Assembly (NCBI RefSeq): GCF_963921235.1
Contig: NC_086097.1
Coordinates: forward strand, 174,718,001 to 174,782,000
Reading direction: 5' to 3'
Length of the DNA stretch: 64,000 bases
DNA from: Mobula hypostoma
Lineage: Eukaryota
In this document: positions 51,061-63,092 of the stretch, in pieces
Position numbering within the stretch: position 1 is the stretch's first letter
How the letters are laid out: every line of letters starts with the position of its first letter
Position numbers and translations under genes: made by a program
Notes under the pieces: generated by a model
The model's database searches: none
The model's input: the letters and a program-made list of their open reading frames with translations, nothing else
Told to the model about the DNA's origin: nothing

Positions 51061-51810
51061 CAGGTCTTGCGAAAGTATTCAGCCCTCAAGCCCTTGTTCA
51101 CCTAAATGAGTATTACAACCAGGGATTTTTGATCAATTTAACTGAGAAATTTTAAGTCACGAATCACATGCTCCTTTGTCCATAGTACAGCCCCCTCCCA
51201 AAAAAAAACAGGGAAAATTTGTAAAGCATGAAAAACAAAAAATTCAAAAAAACTGAAATGGCAGTAGTTCAAAAGTATTCACCCCCATTGCTCAGGACTA
51301 TTTTGAATAAGTCTCAATTAGCTTTGCACAATGTCGTGGAGCAAAATTTGCCCATTCCTCCTTGCAAAATTGCTTCAGCTGTGCCAGGTCAGTTGGGGAG
51401 TGGTGGTAGACAGCAATCGGTTGGGTTAAGGGCTGAACTTTGCCTAGCCCACTCAAGGACATCAATTTTCTTCATTTGAAGCCACTCCATCATTGTTCTG
51501 GCAGTGTGCTTTGGGTCATTGTCCTGCTGAAAGACGAACTTTGTCCCCAGGTGAAGCTTTGTGGGAGAGGCTAGCAGGATTTTGTCCCAGATCTCTCCGT
51601 ATTTACCACCATTCATCTTCCCATCAATCCGGGCCAGATTTCTAGTCCCTGCTGATGAAAGGTATCCCCATTGCATGATGCTATCTCTGCAGTGTTAGAT
51701 TTACACCACACATAATGCTCAGTGTCGAGGCCAAAATATTCCACTTTAGTCTCATCCAACCACAAGACCTTCTTCCACATCTTTGTGGTATCTACTAAGT
51801 GACACTTATA
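51061..51810 (-). mobile_element. Tc1 transposon copy A (one long TIR plus transposase C-terminal half)
   Basis: TIR caggtcttgcgaaagtattcagccc with inner repeat gttcaaaagtattcacccc. Transposase motifs WKKVLWLDETK, FVFQQDNDPKHT and WARQSSALNP. Confidence 0.88.
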
Positions 51811-52496
51811 CAGTATGTGCTCTACAGTGCCTTGTAAAAGCATTCATTAGCTCAACTCTTTGTTCACATAAATGAGTATTACAACCAGGGATTTTGATCA
51901 ATTTAACTGAGAATTTTTATGTTACATGCTCATTTTTTACAGTAGAGCCCAATAACAGGGAATATTGTAAAGCATGAAAAATCAGAAATTCAAAAACTGA
52001 AATGTCAGCAGTTCAAAAGTATTCACTCCCTTTGCTCAGTACTTCGTTAAACCACCTCTCGTAGCTTTTACAGACAGTCGTCTTTTTGCATAAGTCTCTG
52101 TTAGCTTTGCACAACTTGATGAAGCAAGATTTTCCCATTCCCCCTTGCAAATTGGCTCAAGCTGTGCCAGGTTAGTTGGGGAGCAGCACAGGATAGCAAC
52201 CTTGCGGCCTTGCCAGAGACGTTTGATTGGAATAAGGTCAGGACTCTGACTGAGCCACTCTAGGACATCAATTTGCTTCATTTGAAGCCACTCCATGGCT
52301 GCTCTGGCATTGATCTTAGGGTTGTTGTCTGTTGAAAATTGGACCCTCCCCATTTGAAGTTTTCTAGCAGAGACTAGCAGGTTTTTATCCCAGATCACTC
52401 TGTATTTATCAGCATTTGTCTTCCCCTCAATCCTGAGTAGATTTCCAGTCCCTGCTGCTGAAAAGTTTCCCTGTAACATGATGCTCCTTCCACCAT

Positions 52497-55430
52497 CCTT
52501 GCTTTTATATTCTAGTTCTCTTGAAATGAATGCTAACATTGCATTTGTCTTCCTCACCATAGTCTCAACCTGCAAAGGAACCTTTAGGGAATCCTGCAAA
52601 GGACTCCCAAGTCCCTTTGCACCTCAGCTTTTTGTATTTTCTCTCCATTTAGAAAATCGTCAACCCTTTCATTTCTACTATCAAAGTGCATGACCATACA
52701 TTTCCTAACACCGTATTCTATCTGCTATTTCTTTGCCTAATCTCCAAATCTGTCCAAGTCCTTCTGTAGCCTCTCTACTTCCTCGAAACTACCTGACTCT
52801 CCATCTGTCTTCATATCATCTGCAAACTTTCCAACAAAGCCATCAATTCCATCATCCAAATCATTGACATATAATGTAACAAAGAACTTGTCCCAAATCA
52901 GACCCCTGTGGAACACCACTAGCAACTGGCAGCCAGTCAGAAAAGGCTCCCTTTATTCCCACTCTTTGTCCCCTGCCAAATAGCCACTGCTTTGTCCATG
53001 TGAGAATCTTGCTAAGTAGCCTCATGTGTGGCACCTTGTCAAAGGCCTTCTGAAAATCCAAATACACAACATCAGCTGATTCTCCTTTATCTATCTTGCT
53101 TGTTACTTCTTCAAAGAATTCCAACAGGTTTATCAGGCAAGAATTTCCCTTGAGGAAACCCTACTGACTACAGCTTATTTTATTAGGTGCCTCAAAGTAC
53201 CCTGAGACCTCATCCCTAATAATAGACTCCAACATTTTCCCAACAACTGAGATCAGACCAACTGGCCTATAGTTTCCTTCCTTCTGCCTTTCTCCCTTCT
53301 TGAAGAGTGGAGCAACATTTGCAATTTTCCATTCTCCTGGAACCATTCCGGAATCTAGCCATTCATAAAAGATCATTACTAATGCCTCCACAATCTCTTC
53401 AGCCACCTCTTTCAGAACCCTGGGATGTACACCGTCTAGTCCAGGTGACTGATCTACCTTCAGATTTTTCAGTTTACCAAGAACCTTCTCTCTAGTTATG
53501 GTAACTTCACACACTTTATGACCCCTGACACCTGGAACTACCACCACACAGTTTTCCACCATGAAGACTGATGCAAAATACTCATTCAGTCCGCCTGCCA
53601 TTTCATTGTCCATTACTACTTCTCCAGTATCCTTTTCCAGTGGTCCAATATCCACTCTCGCCTCCCTTTGACACTTCATGCACTTTCGTTACCTTCTTAA
53701 TGACTTACTTAGTTGTCTTCTGTTGTTTTTAAAAGCTTCCCAATCCTCTAACTTCCCACTAATCTCTGCTCTATTATATGCCCTCTCTTTGGCTTTTATA
53801 TTGGCTTTGACTTCTCTAATTAGCCATGGTTGTGTCATCTTTTCTTGAGAACATTTTTTCCTCTTTTGAATGAATACATCCTGTGCCTTCCAAATTGCTT
53901 CCAGAAATTCCAGCTACTGCTGCTCTACCGTCATCCCTACCAGTGCTCTTTTCCATTCAATTCTGGGAACTCCTCTCTCATGCCTCTGTGATTCACTTTA
54001 CTTTTCTGTAATAATGAGACCTCTAACTTTGGCTTCTCCTTCTCAAATTTCAGGGTGAATTTGATCATATCATGATCACTTTCCCCTAAGAGTTCTTTTA
54101 CCTTAAGCTCTTTAATCAATTCTGGTTCATTGCACAAAATCCAATCTAGAATAGCTGATCCTGTAGTGGGCTAAACCAGGTGCTGCTCTAAAAAGCCATC
54201 TTGTAACCACTCTAGAAAATGCCCTTCCTGTAATCCAGCACCAACCTGATTTTCCAAATTTATCTGAATATTGAAATCTCCTATGATTAACATTTCCCTT
54301 TTGGCATGCATTTTTTAGCTCACGTTGTAATTTGTAGGCCACAGCCTTACTACTGTTTGGAGGGGTTCTGCATACAACTCCCATCAGGTTCTTTTTACCC
54401 TTGCAGTTCCTTACCTCTATCCACAATGATTCAACACCTTCTGACCCTATGTCATCTGTTTCTAATGATTTGATTTCATTTTTTTTTTTACAAACAGGGC
54501 AATGACAGCCCCTCTCCCTTCCTATTTTTTTCGATACAATGTGTCTTAGACATTAAGCTCCCAGATATAATCTTTCAGCCATGATTCTGTGATGCCTGCA
54601 ACATCATATCTGCCAATCTGCAACCGTTCATCTACCTTATTCCATATACCGCATGCATTCAAATACAACACCTTCAGCCCTGTATTCACCCTTTTCGATT
54701 TTTTTCACACAACTTTTTGGTTCCTAACTTTGTGTGAGGTGTTACCGACATCTGCCTCCACAACCTCTCCTCTCACTGTTCTGGCACTCTGGTTCCCATT
54801 CCCCTACAACTCTAGTTTAAACCCCACCATGCAGCATTAACAAACCTTCCCATTAGGATATTAGCCCCCCCTCCAGTACAGGTGCAAATCATCCCTTCTA
54901 TATAAGTCCCACCTTCCCTGGAAGAGAGCCCAATGATCCAAAAATCTTACGCTCTCCCTCCTACACTTCTTAGCCCCATATTAAACTGTGTAACCTTCCT
55001 AGTTGTAGCCTCACTGGGATGTGGCAGGGGGAGTAATTCTGAGATCACAACTCTGGAAGTCTTGCACTTTAACTTAGCACCTAACTTCCTGAACTCACCG
55101 TGCAGAACCTCATCACTCGTCCTACTCATGGTACCTACCTGCATCATGACCTCTGGCTGTTCACCCTCCCACTTAAGAATGCTGAGGACTCGATCTGAGA
55201 TATCCTGGACCCTGGCACCCAGGAGGCAACATATCATCTGGGAATCTCTTTCTCGCCCACAGTATCTCCTGTCCAAGCCCCTAACTAATGAATTTCCTAC
55301 AACCACAGCATCCCTCTTCTTCCCCCTTCCCTTCTGCGTCACAGAGGCAGACTCAGTGCCAGAGACCCAGCCACTGTGACTTTCTTCTGTTAGGTCATCC
55401 TCCCCAACAGAATCCAAAATGATATACCTG
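52497..55430 (-). mobile_element. CR1 LINE (ORF1 esterase part plus ORF2) lacking its 3' tail
   Basis: [51 protein letters not shown] and KFADD. Confidence 0.9.
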
Positions 55431-56133
55431 TGGAAGACCTTTTTCCACATCTTTACAGTATCTTCTAAGTGATGCTTTGCAAAGACTTTAGGGTCAAGGA
55501 TATGCATTTCTTTTTAGCTAGAGCTTCTTCCTTGCCATTCTTCCATAAATACCCTTTTTGTGCAAGGTTTTAGAGTTTGTGGAGCCATGAACTTCATCTC
55601 CAGTTGCAGCCACTGACCTCTGCAGGTCACTCAGAGTGACTGTTGGCATCATAGTCACCTCTCTTACAAGCACCATTCTGCAGTGACTAAGTTTAGAGGG
55701 TGGTGTGACCGAGGCAGTGTGACTGTGGTTTCATATTTTTTCCACTTTTCCACGATGGACTGCACTGAGCTCCAAGGTATGTTCGGTGCCTTTGAAATGG
55801 TCTTGTACCCTTTCCCAGATTTGTGCTTCTCTATTATAATTTCCCTGACTTGTTTTGAATGCTGTGTTGTCTTCATTTTGGGTTGGTCTGTTGAAAACCT
55901 ACTATACTGTTGGACCTTACAGAGAGAGGGAGTACTTATTCAGGTGATCTACGTCAACAAATTAGGTGAGTTGGTAAGGTAATATTGCACCTGAGGAAAG
56001 TTAACATTGTAATTACAAAGGGTATGAATACTTTTTCAACCTCATAATTTTGGTTTTTAATTTTTCATAAACTTTTGCCAGATTTTGGAATTTTTCTTTT
56101 GATTTGGCATGATGCACAGTATTTTGTAAATTA

Positions 56134-57254
56134 ATAAATTCTTCATGGGTTTCCAGCCGGGTACAGGCATCAAGTACAATCAATGCTTTGATGACAAGCT
56201 CAGCCATCTTTATCGGGGATGATGCCTGGGCATGTCTAGTCCGGTGGTATTTATACCCTGTAGTCCAACCCTCCTGACGAGTTAATCCTCAACCAATCAG
56301 GTTTCCGGTCTCCCACCTTGTTTACAATCAAATTCCAGTTCTTACTCCGAGTGGGACCTTAGTCTTTGTTAAAATTATTTTTGTCTAGTTTTACTTCAAT
56401 GGCTTCCTTTAGCAGGTGGTCCCAAAAGCCATTGGCGTGGCACAGTAGTTTTCTGCCGTTACAGTCAGTCCTATGGCCATTGCGAATGCAGTGTTCTGCT
56501 ACCGCCGATTTCTCCGGGTAACCTAAATGGTACCTCTTGTGCCCCATTAATGCGGGTTTCTACTGTGCGTCCCAATCTGGTCGATATACACTGCTCCACA
56601 TTCACAGGGAGTCCTGTAAACGCCAGCCGACCAGAGTCCCAGGTCATCTTTGACCCACATAAACTGTGGTTTGAGATTCCTTATGGGTTTGTGGATGGTA
56701 CCGATCCAGTATTTCTTCGAGATCCTGGCAATCCTTCCAGAAACCATGGAAATATCCTTCTAAAAACCTGTGAATGCGGATCAGTGTATATCGGCCAGAT
56801 GGGACGCATAGTGGAAAGGTGCACAGGAGGTGTAAACATTTGGGTTACCCTGAGAAACCAACAATAGCAAAACACTGCATTCGCAATGGCCATAGGAATC
56901 ACTTCGATGTCACAGCACTACTGTGCCATGCCAATGGCTTTTGGGACCCCCTGGTAAAGGAAGCCATTGAAATAAAACTACAGCAAAAGAATTTTAACAA
57001 AGACAAAGGTCTCGTTCCAAGTAAGAACCGGAATTCGACTGTAGAGCGGAAACCTGATTGGATGAGGACTAACCAATCAGGAGGAATGGACTGGGGGGGG
57101 GGGTATAACACCATTGGATTAGACAGGCCCAGGCATCATCCCTGATGAAGATGGCAGAGTCTTTCACCAAAACATCAGTTATAATCAATACCTGTACCTG
57201 GCTGGAAGCCCAAGAGTTTATTCATCGTACATGCCGGGAAATCACTTGATCCTT
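56134..57254. mobile_element. Penelope-like element: two inverted partial copies of the GIY-YIG endonuclease/pLTR end
   Basis: Minus copy GVYRTPCECGAVYIDQIG..SAVAEHC..KEAIE..NFNKD and plus copy CECGSVYIGQMGR..KEAIEIK..NFNKD. TSD TTTTGTA(A/G)ATTA at 56122-56133 and 57255-57266. Confidence 0.88.
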
Positions 57255-57699
57255 TTTTGTAGATTAGTTTAAAAGACTTACTTCAATATATTTTAAATTT
57301 AGAAAATGAAACAGTAAAATGTGAAAATAGTTATGGGGGCTGAAAAGTTTTTCAATGCACTGTACGTGTGTGAGTTATAGGTACTGTGTTTTGCACCTTC
57401 GTCCGGTGGAAAGCTGTTTTGTTTGGCAGTATATACCTATACAGTTGAATGAAAATAAACTGAACTTGAACTTCCTACTTCACACACAAAGAGAGCAGTA
57501 CAGTAAAACGACGGGAATACAGCTGGCCGTACAGCATATGAACAGTCAATGGCAGTAAACAACAAGCATCATGGGTGAGAGGTAGTCAAAACAGACAACA
57601 CCACAAGAAAGACAAAGTGATGAGACAGTCCTCATCACAGTTCACTGCGATCATCCAGATCATCAGTGGGTGCAGCAGCAGCACCAGCTAGGGCAAAGT

Positions 57700-59460
57700 C
57701 TACATGAGCACGTGTTACATTTGCAGGGAGGGAGATTGCCATTAAAATAGACAAAGCTCAGTTAGAGGCTAATTTGGAAGGTCTGCACCTTGAAAAAGAA
57801 GCTGCAGCTGCTATCGCCCAGGCAGAGGTATTGGAAGCAGCAAGAGGAAGAGAGTGAGGAGCTTTACAGTTAAAAAATGTACCCAGCAATAGTATAGGAC
57901 ACACACGAGTGTGTGACTGATTATATCAAGGACCAGGCCTAACTTCTTAGCCAACAGTCTGAATCTCCCTGTAGCACAACGCAGGATGAGAAGTCACGAC
58001 TCTCCATTCAATTTTACCTCTCACACTTTACATAACTCTCGTAAAAGACAGCAATCGATGCACTGTAGCCAATGGTTGCCCTGCAGTAGGTTGCTTACAG
58101 CAAAGCTCAGAAATACTTAATCCTTCACATACAGTATATTACATAACTTACTTACCTGTCCAGCACCAAATAAGGAATTCCCCTACTGTTAAACCAGAGG
58201 AGATAATGCTAAGATTTGACAGCAATGATCCACATTAACAGCCAAGGTCTAACAAGCCTCAGTACACAGGTAGATTACCAGTAGGCTATCCAGTCTTCGG
58301 TTATATGGATATGGCAAAGTATCTGGCACGCAAAGAGCTTGTGAGCACTGGCCTGTCACACTTTAATGACTGTCCAGAAAACTATAGAGAATGGAAGTTC
58401 TCCTTTATTAATACGATCAAAGACCTGGATCTCACTGCTGGTGAGGAGTTGGACTTGCTGTCAAAATGGCTGGTGAGGAATCCTCAGACTGCCCAGAAAA
58501 ACAACCCGGCTGCAGCTTTAAGAATGACCTAGGGTAGGCTTAATGGAAGTTACAGTGTGCCGGAGGTAATAGAAAGTGCACTTTTCAAGAAGCTGGAAAG
58601 CTTTCCAAAGATTGCAAATAAGGATAACTGTAAGTTGAGAGAACTCGAGGATCTGTTATGGGAGCTGCTTTCAGCAGAGGAAAATGGTTGTCTGACTGGC
58701 TTAGGTTTAGACATTGCCCGTGGCATTAGTCCTATTGTTGAAAAGCTGCCACATTCTTTGCAAGAGAAATGGATTTCTCGAGGTTCGAAGTTCAAAGAGG
58801 AGAATGGAGTCACATCTCCCCCCTTTTTCCTGCTTCAATTATTTTGTCTGCCATCAAGCTAAAACAGGAAATAACCCCAGCTTTGCTGTTTCCAGCCACC
58901 AGCTCATCTTGGAGTGAAAAACCTCCTCTAAAGCACACAAACATTAGGACTCCATTGTCAGCCCAGCTCAGAATAAAAGATGACGCAGCAAAAGATTGCC
59001 CCATCCATAATACACCTCAACCAATGCGAACGTGTCGTGGCTTTTGGTTAAAAACCATTGAGGAACGAAAGGGATTTCTTCAGATGCTGTTATTCATCAT
59101 TACATCCCACAGAACTGCAAGGCCACATTAAACTGTAATGAATGCAATGACAACAGTCTTATATCCTGGTCCTCCTCCGTGGGCATCAAAGGTTTTAGAT
59201 TGCACTTCAGAAAACGGCAGGGAGGAAGAGGAAAAAACTTTGCCATCTATGAACTCTTTATGCACAGATGTTTGTAACAGCAATCTAGTTATTGAGCACA
59301 GTTCCAAGATATGCTTAGTTAAAGTGTATCCTAAAGGGCAACGAGAACATGTTTTCAAGAGGTACGTCATGTTTGATAACCAGTGCAACAAATCCTTAGC
59401 CCAGTCGGACTTCTTTGATCTGCTTGGCATCCATGGCGATACATCATCCCACATCTTGAA
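57700..59460 (+). pseudogene. BEL gag and aspartic protease remnants
   Basis: KYLARKELVSTGLSHFNDCPENYREWK..EELDLLSKWL, IVEKLPHSLQEKW, CPIHNTP..C, and SKICLVKVYP..MFDNQCNKSLA. Confidence 0.85.
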
Positions 59461-59688
59461 GACCATAAGAAAATAAAGACACAGGAGCAGAATTAAGTCA
59501 TCTGGCCCATCTGCTCCACCATACCATTATGGCTGGTTATTTTATCCCTCTCAATGGCATTCTCCCACCTTCTCCTTGTATCGTTTGATGCCCTGACTAA
59601 TCGAGAAGCTATCAAACTCAGCTGTAAATATATTTAACGTCTTGGCTACCCACAGCTGTCTGCAGCAATGAAATCCACAGGTTCAACC
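59461..59688 (-). mobile_element. CR1 3' tail fragment
   Basis: gaccataag..ggagcagaatta..ggccc tail, as at 3770 and 40890. Confidence 0.8.
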
Positions 59689-59974
59689 ACAAGTGACAAG
59701 CTGTGCCATTTACCCCAGGAAGGTTTGAAAAATACTCTACCTGGAACTCCTCGCAAAGAGCACTGATTCACATTGCGCACGCTTTTCAAGTTTACCTCAC
59801 AGCTCCCTACCAAGTGCCAAGGTTGTCATAAATGTTTGCCACCCCACACTGCCAGCATACAGTCCAAGGCAATGAACACAATAATCCACTCCGTGTAGAC
59901 GGCCACCTTCCCTGATCAATTAGACATTCATTCTAAGGTAGGAAACCTCCGTAGGAACAAGATACTCACTAAAT

Positions 59975-61331
59975 CCGGGCTTCTCGACCAGGCTCCCTCG
60001 GAACCCTAGGGTTCTGTGAGAGGTCGCAAGGGGTTCCGCGTGAGGTCGTGATTTAAAAAAAACCCTCATTTTTTTGAACTTCATGCAACATGCAATGCTG
60101 GTGCTCGCAGTGGTGGGCAATGACCGAGCAGCCCCGTTAGCAATCTCGTTAGTGGTCTCTCAGCCCAATATGACAGTGCGCAGTACGACTGTGTTTACTT
60201 GGTTGAGTCCATTCTCAGTTTTTGACACGAGATGGGGAGGCCATTGATAATTGGTGAGTGCTATATTTTACAGAGCGGAGGATGGTAGGCTGATGGAGAG
60301 CGTGAAGTGTGTTTTCTGTTGATGGGGAGGCCGCTGATAATTGGTGAGTGCTATATTTTACAGAGTGGTGGGCTGATGGAGAGCGTGAAGTGTGTTTTCT
60401 GAGCTTTGAATGGACTTGCCCAACTGGTGCTGTGATGTCTGCCTCTCCCTCCCAAATTATCTCCCCCAACGTCCCCTTAAGTGCTGCTGACTGACTTATG
60501 AGAGTGAACGAACTCTACTGGTGTAGTAGAAAATTGGAGGGAAATTTTCATTCTAAAGAAGGAATTCATACACACCACGACTCAGCTGCTGGTCTGCCTG
60601 AAAAATGAAATCTTGAATTTTTTCCACTGTTGCTTGGGCTTGAGAGTAAGGAAGGATATCAGAAAGTCTCGAGACTTATTGAAAACCACCTCGAAGATCT
60701 GCAGGACAAAATTGAACAGCATTTTGTCCCCTTTCAACACAAGTGTATGGCTGGGTGAGGGACCCTTTCTCTAAAACTTCTGCTCAGCCTGAGAACTTGA
60801 CTTTGAGAGAAGAGGAAGAACTTTTGTGAGCTGCAGTCTGATCGTGCACTCAAGATGAGATTTACTGACCTGCCCCTGAACAAGTTCTGACTTCTGTGAA
60901 AAAAGAGTATTCTGCCATTCATAGGAAAGAAATGAACATTTTGCTGCAGTTTTCAACTTCTTACATGTGTGAGCAAGCTTTTTCTTGTTTAACAAGCATA
61001 GAAGGATAGAAAGAGCAAGGATAGAATTCATCTCATTTCAGTTGAAGGTGGAATCTGTGGTGTCTAGAAGTGACCCAGAATTAAGTACTGGTATTTGTGC
61101 TGCAAAAAACACGCACAAACAAACCTTTTTTTTTCCAAGAAAGGTTGGCTAAAAAATTAATTCTCTACTCAAAAGACCATTGACAATTATTTTTGGATTA
61201 TTTTATCTACAATTTACTAATCACACTAATGTACCATGAGCTGTAGATATAATAATTTTTACACGGAGGTTCCCTGAGACCTGAAAATTATTTCAAGGGT
61301 TCCTCAAGGGCAAAAAGGATGAGAAAGGCTG
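59975..61331 (+). mobile_element. hAT (Charlie/Buster-like) DNA transposon, internally deleted
   Basis: 8-bp TSD CACTAAAT (59967-59974) / GACTAAAT (61332-61339) and short imperfect TIRs. C-terminal dimerisation-domain remnant WVRDPF..EEELCELQSD..LQFSTSYMCEQAFS at about 60560-61090. Confidence 0.85.
60231..60400. repeat. Tandem duplication (90-bp unit plus 80-bp copy) inside the hAT element
   Basis: gatggggaggcc..ataattggtgagtgctatattttacagag..gctgatggagagcgtgaagtgtgttttctg occurs at 60231 and 60321. Confidence 0.9.
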
Positions 61332-61862
61332 GACTAAATTGAATCTAACCATGGGCAAATCGGCCTGCTCAGAGTTGGAGAAGATTAAAGCAGCTCAGGC
61401 AGGAGCCCCATTATTTTGCCTGGCAAGCATCCACATTGCTCAGATGCCAGTATCATGATCAGCTGGAGTTTCAGGGACACACGTTCATGGAAGGAGACAT
61501 TAGGGCTGCTGGTATATGACAGATTGGTGGTAAGAGGTGCATGAGTAGCATTATACATGACTGTATCACTTTTCGCAAGCTGTAGGGTAAAATGGAAAAG
61601 CAAATGATTTCAGAGTTGCCAGATGCACAACGAAACACCTCTCCACCCATCACATACACTGGTCTGTATGCCTTTGGTCCTTAGACTATGCTTAGTAGAT
61701 GTACAAGGGGAGGTCTGGCTCACTGTAGGCAATGGGCGATGATCTTCTGTCTGTCTGTATCTTGTTTTACGGCGGTTGGCATCCAGCTTAATGGTGCATT
61801 ACCACCACCCTCTGCTCCAGAATGTGCACTAGACATACATTCTAAATCCCTTCACCCAATCA

Positions 61863-61922
61863 CGTGCGCGTATATAAATATACATACATATACATATGTA
61901 TATATACATACACACACACAAA
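61863..61922. repeat. (TA)n/(CA)n microsatellite in the LINE 3'UTR
   Basis: tatataaatatacatacatatacatatgtatatatacatacacacacaca. Confidence 0.85.
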
Positions 61923-62069
61923 CCTACACTTCACCCTCCCATCTTTGACCATCCTAGTATCCTATTCCTGTTTATTCGTCATATTCTATAAAAAAACCAG
62001 ACTTGTGCTCTCTCACCCATGCCCAGCAACCCTTTTAATGTGAATTCCTGCATCCCCAACTCCCTTAAT

Positions 62070-63092
62070 TTATTTCTCATCATCTCTCTCATACTTCCTG
62101 CAACACAAAACTACATGTTCTACTGACTCCTCTTCCTGACATTCCTCACACAATCCTGTCTGGTGTTTCTCTATCATTTTCAATGTTTTGTTTAATGCAC
62201 AATGCCCCAGCCTTAACCTAGTCCACACAATTTCCTCTCTTCTGTTTCCATTACCTACCCTAGTAACTGCAACACTCTTTTGTATTTGATATAAATGCCT
62301 CCCTTTCCCCTCCCTGTCCCATCTTTCTTGCCACATTCGGTTGACTTTTTCCCAGATTACACACTTAACCTCTGCTTTACTGATACTAATGTGCATTTCC
62401 ACATTTTCTTTCTTTAACGCCCTCTTTGCCAACTCATCCACCCTCTCATTCCCCTTCACCCCTACATGTGCTGGAACCCATAGAAATTTTACCTGACCTC
62501 CCTGATTTGCAATTCTTGTAACTAACTGAAGGACTTCGTAAAGTACATCTTGCAGACTGTTTGTGTGAAAAGACCTTAAACTTGCTAGAACTGAGGACGA
62601 ATCTGAACATATCAATGCTTTGGCTTGTCTGGCTTTCTGCACCCATTGCAACGCAACCAACACTGCCAGCATCTCCACTGTAAACACCCCTAACTTATTA
62701 GATGTTCTTCTGCTGATTCCAATTTCTTTTGCTGGTATTACCACCCCAAACCCTGTCACTCCTGTTTCAGGTTCCTTCGCACCATCCATATAAATGTGAG
62801 TATAATCACTATACTTTTCCATCACATGACAGTTAAATGCATTTACCAAATCTGTTTTATATCTTTCTTTCCTTTTTACCTCTAACAAATGCCAGTCTAT
62901 GTCAGGCCATACAAGCTTCCATGGAGCTACAACTGGATAAACTACTGAAGGACTTATCCTCAGATCAAACACTCCACATTCTTTCGCGATATCATTCCCT
63001 ACCCGACTAAAGGTATCCCTCTGAAACCTCCCATTTTCCCAGCACTGCTGCAACACTCCTTTAGTAGGGTGAGAATCATTGTGCCCCTGCAA
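62070..63092 (-). CDS. RNase H domain plus C-terminal Cys/His knuckle of the LINE ORF2 (truncated)
   Basis: 340-aa open frame: IYMDGAK, VFTVEMLAV, ICSDSSS, FLWVPAHVGVKGNERVDELAK, RLRLGH and CEEC..EHVVLCC. A small frameshift occurs near the end. Confidence 0.88.
   Translation of the reverse strand: MQGHNDSHPTKGVLQQCWENGRFQRDTFSRVGNDIAKECGVFDLRISPSVVYPVVAPWKLVWPDIDWHLLEVKRKERYKTDLVNAFNCHVMEKYSDYTHIYMDGAKEPETGVTGFGVVIPAKEIGISRRTSNKLGVFTVEMLAVLVALQWVQKARQAKALICSDSSSVLASLRSFHTNSLQDVLYEVLQLVTRIANQGGQVKFLWVPAHVGVKGNERVDELAKRALKKENVEMHISISKAEVKCVIWEKVNRMWQERWDREGKGRHLYQIQKSVAVTRVGNGNRREEIVWTRLRLGHCALNKTLKMIEKHQTGLCEECQEEESVEHVVLCCRKYERDDEK

Larger units (their letters stand above)
51825..57362 (-). 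mobile_element. Tc1 transposon copy B, interrupted by CR1 and Penelope
   Basis: TA-CAGTGCCTTGTAAAAG at the left and GGGGGCTGAAAAGTTTTTCAATGCACTG-TA at the right. HTH region MKTTQHSKQVRE..KGYKTISK (55664-55876) and DNNPK..SPDLIPI (52036-52490). Confidence 0.88.
50197..57471 (+). mobile_element. Rex1-like LINE (50197-51060 and 57363-57471) split by a Tc1 composite
   Basis: ITKFADDRTVAGLI..YREEIEQLVEWC and DPSHPSNNLFEPPPS..NSFFPQAVRLLN. The 3'UTR rejoins across a TA and ends aataaactgaacttgaactt. Confidence 0.8.
49453..57502 (+). repeat. BEL 5' LTR in three pieces (about 49453-49968, 50158-50197 and 57472-57502)
   Basis: TG start and a likely end at ..GAGAGCAGTACA before the internal GTAAAACG. 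The gaps are filled by recognisable insertions. Confidence 0.6.

Noticed and set aside
60560..61090. Domesticated hAT gene (ZBED/FAM200-like)
   Set aside because: It has stops and frameshifts, only the C-terminus is present, and the TIRs and TSD are still in place.
62070..63092. Cellular RNase H1 gene
   Set aside because: It is intronless, followed by a LINE knuckle and tail, and enclosed by a 12-bp TSD.
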